A stretch of DNA of 64,000 nucleotides from the human T2T-CHM13v2.0 reference genome, Homo sapiens: the NCBI RefSeq assembly GCF_009914755.1, contig NC_060935.1; one strand, written 5' to 3'. How positions within the stretch are numbered: the stretch's first letter is position 1; every line of letters starts with the position of its first letter. This document shows positions 61,755 to 64,000 of this stretch, in pieces. The notes under the pieces are model-generated. The model made no database searches and had not been told where the DNA came from. It saw nothing but the letters and a program-made list of their open reading frames with translations. A program made the position numbers and the translations under genes.

Positions 61755-64000
61755 TCAGTTCAGCTTTCATTCTAGAAAACTACTATGGAGCCGTTAACTC
61801 TCATTTGGATTACTGTCCTTTCAGCCAGTCTGGTGAATCAAAATTTTTTATTTATTAAATATCCCATTTTTCGCCTGTGGCAGGGTGGTGGTCCAGAGGC
61901 CTTGACTGAAGGGGACTGGAACAACTTGTCTGTGCCATCTCTGGGCTTTTCTCCTCTACTACTCTACTGCTCAGTGCAAACAATGTATCTTCTATTAGAT
62001 CCATTACTTCAGTTGTGCTTTGAAGGGGGCAACAGGTTTCTTAGTGGGTTTTGATTTTAGTACCTTGATGTTAATCTGATTTATGAAATTCTCCATGGAG
62101 TTCATCTGAGTTTACCGGATTCTGCTCCGGAATATGAGGCCTAAGTCCCAGATAATAAAAATGTATTTTGGCTTGATCTCTTGGGCATTTATTTCTCCTC
62201 GGACTTTGTGGTGAAGAGGTTAAATATTCCTTGGTTATTCCTAAATTATCTGGTCAAACATCCTTATATTATCATTTTTAATGTGTCATACCTCTTTAGC
62301 ACATTTCCAACCACCTGCCAATTCTGTTAATTAAGTAGCATATTAACTTCCTCCAAATAATATCTTTAAAATCCCACCGTTTTCTCCCTCAGAAACTTAG
62401 TATGGTATTCAAGGATGCTAGAATTCTACTGCTCACAAGATACTAGAGGGGACCCCTCCGAATACACACCCTGTGCTCCAACCTCCCTGCTCACGCTCAG
62501 CTGCACTACTTCTTTCCTGCCGCTGCACACTGTGGTTGTGTTTGTTCAGATTTGGGAGACAACATGTCCCTCCCAGAACCTCAGAAAATTCAGTAATTTA
62601 CAAAAGGGACCAGAGATTTAGTGTCAGCATATGAAACTCTGCAGGGAGATCAGTAATTAAGGACTATTTGATGTTCCAACAAACCGGCCCAGCCTCACAA
62701 GCTTTCCCTCATGTAGAACTCTGACAGATTTTCATTTATTGGAATAATGCAAATAAGAAAATTAAAAAGTCAATTTGTTGTCACTGCCAGTATTTTACCA
62801 ACCTTTATAAATGGTTAAGTCTGAGCTAGGAGAAACTATCTTTTGTGGCAGACATTTCACCCAGGACAAGCTGTGCTTAGGCTTAGATACTTGGTTTAGA
62901 AATGCCTGCTTATTAGGACAGTATCTTCTGCAAACTCCAGGCTTGGATCTTATCTCAGAGTGCATATGTTTCACCGGACTCTGCTAATCATCCCAACCCT
63001 TCCTTTCCTCAAGGAAAAATACTCTGTACTCCCAGATCTATTTGAGTATGAACCACCCTCAGAAGTATCAGGACACTGAAGCCCTGGAAAAGGAATGGGT
63101 AAGATGGGAAGTCCCAGAAACCAGGGAACTTGGCTGCAAGTGTTACCTTTATTTATTTCATATATGTATATTTCCAGAAGGACAACGGTTGACTGGTATT
63201 AAGACCAAACCAGTCCATCAGAATATCATCGACCAAAATGAGAATTTCCCTGTTGGGCCATTAGGGTTGGAGTCTTATTAACCCTCCCCTATTCCTCGGG
63301 CCCATAATGCATTATGAGATAGAGGAGAAGAAACCAGGCACAGAAGACTCTCCCTGTCATGCTTTAACCCCATACCCTGTGCTCCACTTATGGAGGACGT
63401 CTCCCCAGTTCTTGCCACTCCCACAATCAGAGAAGGTGAGGTTCATAATTATTCAGCCTCATCTCCAAGGAACCTTTAACTGGCAACAGAGATTGTTGGG
63501 CCATCATGAGATGCTACTTTCTAGCTCTATGAACATAAAATCACGTAAGAAAAAGCAAACAACACAAATACATGAAAGCCATTTACTCCTGGTGAATTCC
63601 TCAGGGTCCCAGGTTCAACACTTTCCGTGATGTCAGAGTACTCAGTCAGGGATGATGGGGACAGGGTGTCAGAACAGTCTTGATGGTCTTGCCAGCAACA
63701 GCTTTTTCTTATTTTCCATAATTTGGTCTTAGTCGTTCTCCAGTTGTCTTCATGTAAATAAAGTGGCCCATGGCAATCATGATTCTGTAATTGTTATAGT
63801 GCCTTTGTAAGTTGACAGTTTCCAAATCCCCTTACTCATACGACCCCTGTGAAGGGGGGTGTGAAGGGGTTGGTGGGCTTGTGCATATGAGGGAATGTGA
63901 ACGATTTCATTATGACCGAATTATGCTTTACTCAATAAGCACTCAAACACTACCATCTCACTTGTAGTAGAAGTGCTAGGGATGCAACCAAGAGACTGGT

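Overview
Primate, very probably human, non-coding genomic DNA (it carries an AluYa5 with all five diagnostic bases). I find no credible protein-coding exon, RNA gene, CpG island or CRISPR array, and I cannot name the locus. Most ORFs in the track are translations of Alu, L1, MaLR or simple repeats. The window is dominated by interspersed repeats: a two-LTR THE1 (MaLR) element, several solo THE1/MST/MLT1 LTRs, a decayed ERVL (LTR, gag and RT remnants), about 30 Alu/FLAM copies, many L1/L2/MIR fragments, and DNA transposons (MER20, MER5, MER30, Tigger3b). The most notable features are: a complex templated-insertion scar inside the THE1 element; a young 32-bp minisatellite inside an old Alu; several fold-back (template-switch) scars; two co-oriented CTCF-like motifs; a strong minus-strand bias of Alu/L1; and candidate non-coding exons on both strands. 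I cannot support a new biological system from this sequence. Repeat subfamily names and the boundaries of old elements come from recalled consensus sequences by eye and are approximate.
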